NCBI RefSeq assembly: GCF_018977255.1
Contig: NW_024704743.1
Span: 116,128,001 to 116,192,000, forward strand
DNA from: Callorhinchus milii
Taxonomy: Eukaryota
Reading direction: 5' to 3'
Length of the DNA stretch: 64,000 bases
Shown here one piece after another: positions 63,245 through 64,000 of the stretch. A program made the position numbers and the translations under genes. Under the pieces are notes generated by a model. The model worked only from the letters and a program-made list of their open reading frames with translations. It was not told where the DNA came from and searched no databases. The stretch's first letter is position 1; each line of letters starts with the position of its first letter.

Positions 63245-63760
63245 CAACACAGATTTACATTTATATAGCACCTTTCACATCAGAAGGACATCCCAAGGTG
63301 AGTGGCGATCCTGGCCTGGCACCTGAGCTGGGAGTGAGAACCAAGGAGGGTGGCAGGGAAAAAAATGACCGAAGACGCGGTCAAAGGGGAAGGTTTTGAG
63401 ACACACCTTGAAAAAGATAAGGGAGGGAGAGATTTGGAGGGACTCCAGGTAGATTGAGAAGTGATCAAAAGCAGCAGTAGGAGATGAAGCCCAGAATCCG
63501 AGGCCATCAGTCACGTTGCGCACAGAGATAAGTTGCTCTTTGCGTGATAGGGCACCTTAACATTAAACGGAAATAAAGTGGATGCGGGAGAGGACGTGGA
63601 TTGTAATTGTGGATAGTCTGCATCTTGTGGAGGGAGTCGAGCGAGGAAGGCTTTGTAAAGGGGAGCCTGGAGGTGACAAAGGCGTGGATCAGAGGTTACA
63701 CTGTTCCTTGTGAGAGAGCAGAATATATTGACAAACCCGAGCCCTGACATTCCATCACAT
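63245..63760 (-). mobile_element. Diverged, internally deleted L2 fragment
   Basis: Tail atttacatttatatagcacctttcac; FKVCLKTFPFDRVF. Confidence 0.65.
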
Positions 63761-64000
63761 TATACTGTGTGCAATGCAAATGGCGGCTGATAAAAGGGAA
63801 CGGCTGAGCTGGAGACATTCAACACTGGTTATCTCTTTCAAACAGATATTGTGAACGTTCGTGCCAGCACTGCGATCATTCAGGGGGTGCCCAGTTTCCC
63901 GAACAAATTGCAAGGAAGTAGCTGTTCATTTTACTAGATGCTGCCAAGATTTTGGGTGGTTAAAGGGAGGAAGGTCTATAATGTGTGTGCAGAGAAAACA

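Larger units (their letters stand above)
1..64000 (+). other. PTPRM: Internal part of the PTPRM transcription unit; start, transmembrane and phosphatase exons lie outside the window
   Basis: Six colinear AG/GT exons with compatible phases join into the PTPRM ectodomain. Residues such as EEVCW..., [22 protein letters not shown] and ETKIDCV fit PTPRM better than PTPRT/K/U (comparison from memory). Confidence 0.9.

Noticed and set aside
1..64000. CRISPR-like array from the recurring atttgatatagcgc motif
   Set aside because: Irregular spacing in both orientations; these are retroposon tails in eukaryotic DNA.

Overview
Vertebrate genomic DNA lying wholly inside one large plus-strand gene, the type IIB receptor tyrosine phosphatase PTPRM (RPTP-mu). 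The repeat content (L2 and CR1 LINE fragments, DeuSINE/SacSINE1-like SINEs, an abundant tRNA-Ala-headed SINE) suggests a cartilaginous fish, probably a chimaera; the species is an inference. Seven spliced exons are readable: 29956-30265, 31964-32073, 39133-39334, 40118-40220, 54621-54891, 57685-57721 and a probable 75-nt cassette exon at 60538-60612. They encode fibronectin-III repeats and the extracellular juxtamembrane region. The first ~30 kb is intron, and nearly all ORFs in the track are repeat-derived or chance. The main oddities are: a +1 frameshift in the first exon; an 80-bp direct repeat bracketing that same exon; a YCAY/RBFOX/QKI motif set around the cassette exon; inverted SINE pairs around exons; and a modular SINE family whose tRNA cloverleaf and 3' stem-loop show compensatory changes shared with L2. 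I see no convincing wholly new biological system. Repeat boundaries are approximate and not every degenerate copy is listed.
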